Origin: Syntrophales bacterium
GTDB taxonomy: Bacteria; Desulfobacterota; Syntrophia; Syntrophales; UBA2210
Direction of reading: 5' to 3'
Length of the DNA: 64,000 nt
Assembly: GCA_963666365.2 (NCBI GenBank)
Contig: CAXXNF010000002.1
Span: forward strand, 1-64,000
More model-generated notes on the stretch are below. The model was given only the letters and a program-made list of their open reading frames with translations, ran no database searches and had not been told where the DNA came from. The letters are not shown here. Within the stretch, counting starts at the first letter, position 1.

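Noticed and set aside
42085..64000. Apparent gene-poor region with only short ORFs in the track
   Set aside because: This is an artefact of the track: a single stop-free + frame covers it, and the short ORFs are off-frame or antisense shadows.

Overview
The whole 64-kb window reads as the interior of one giant + strand gene. Its start lies upstream of position 1 and its stop lies downstream of 64000, so it encodes at least ~21,300 aa. The product looks like an acidic, Gly/Thr/Asp-rich, extracellular RTX-type modular surface protein (adhesin-like). From 5' to 3' it contains: ~37 near-identical 531-bp (177-aa) beta-rich tandem repeats (1-19569); diverged copies of that unit and unique beta-rich regions with 7 inserted Ig-like modules (to ~30600); a long RTX Ca2+-binding region (30855-39060); a 3-kb indel-riddled stretch (39134-42062); and a stop-free frame of ~7,310 codons (42060-64000) that the ORF track omits, presumably because it runs off the window. 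That last frame encodes PPC-like modules, two 7-bladed FG-GAP propellers, MAM-like, PA14 and five P-domains, ELWxxDGT propeller repeats, a 12-copy ~105-aa array, internalin-type LRRs, LamG, more RTX and a beta-helix-like segment. Many of these domains are nested inside one another. The frame breaks look mostly like assembly errors. I found no RNA genes, mobile elements, CRISPR arrays, intergenic DNA, secretion genes or catalytic domains. All domain calls come from reading motifs by eye, not from database searches.
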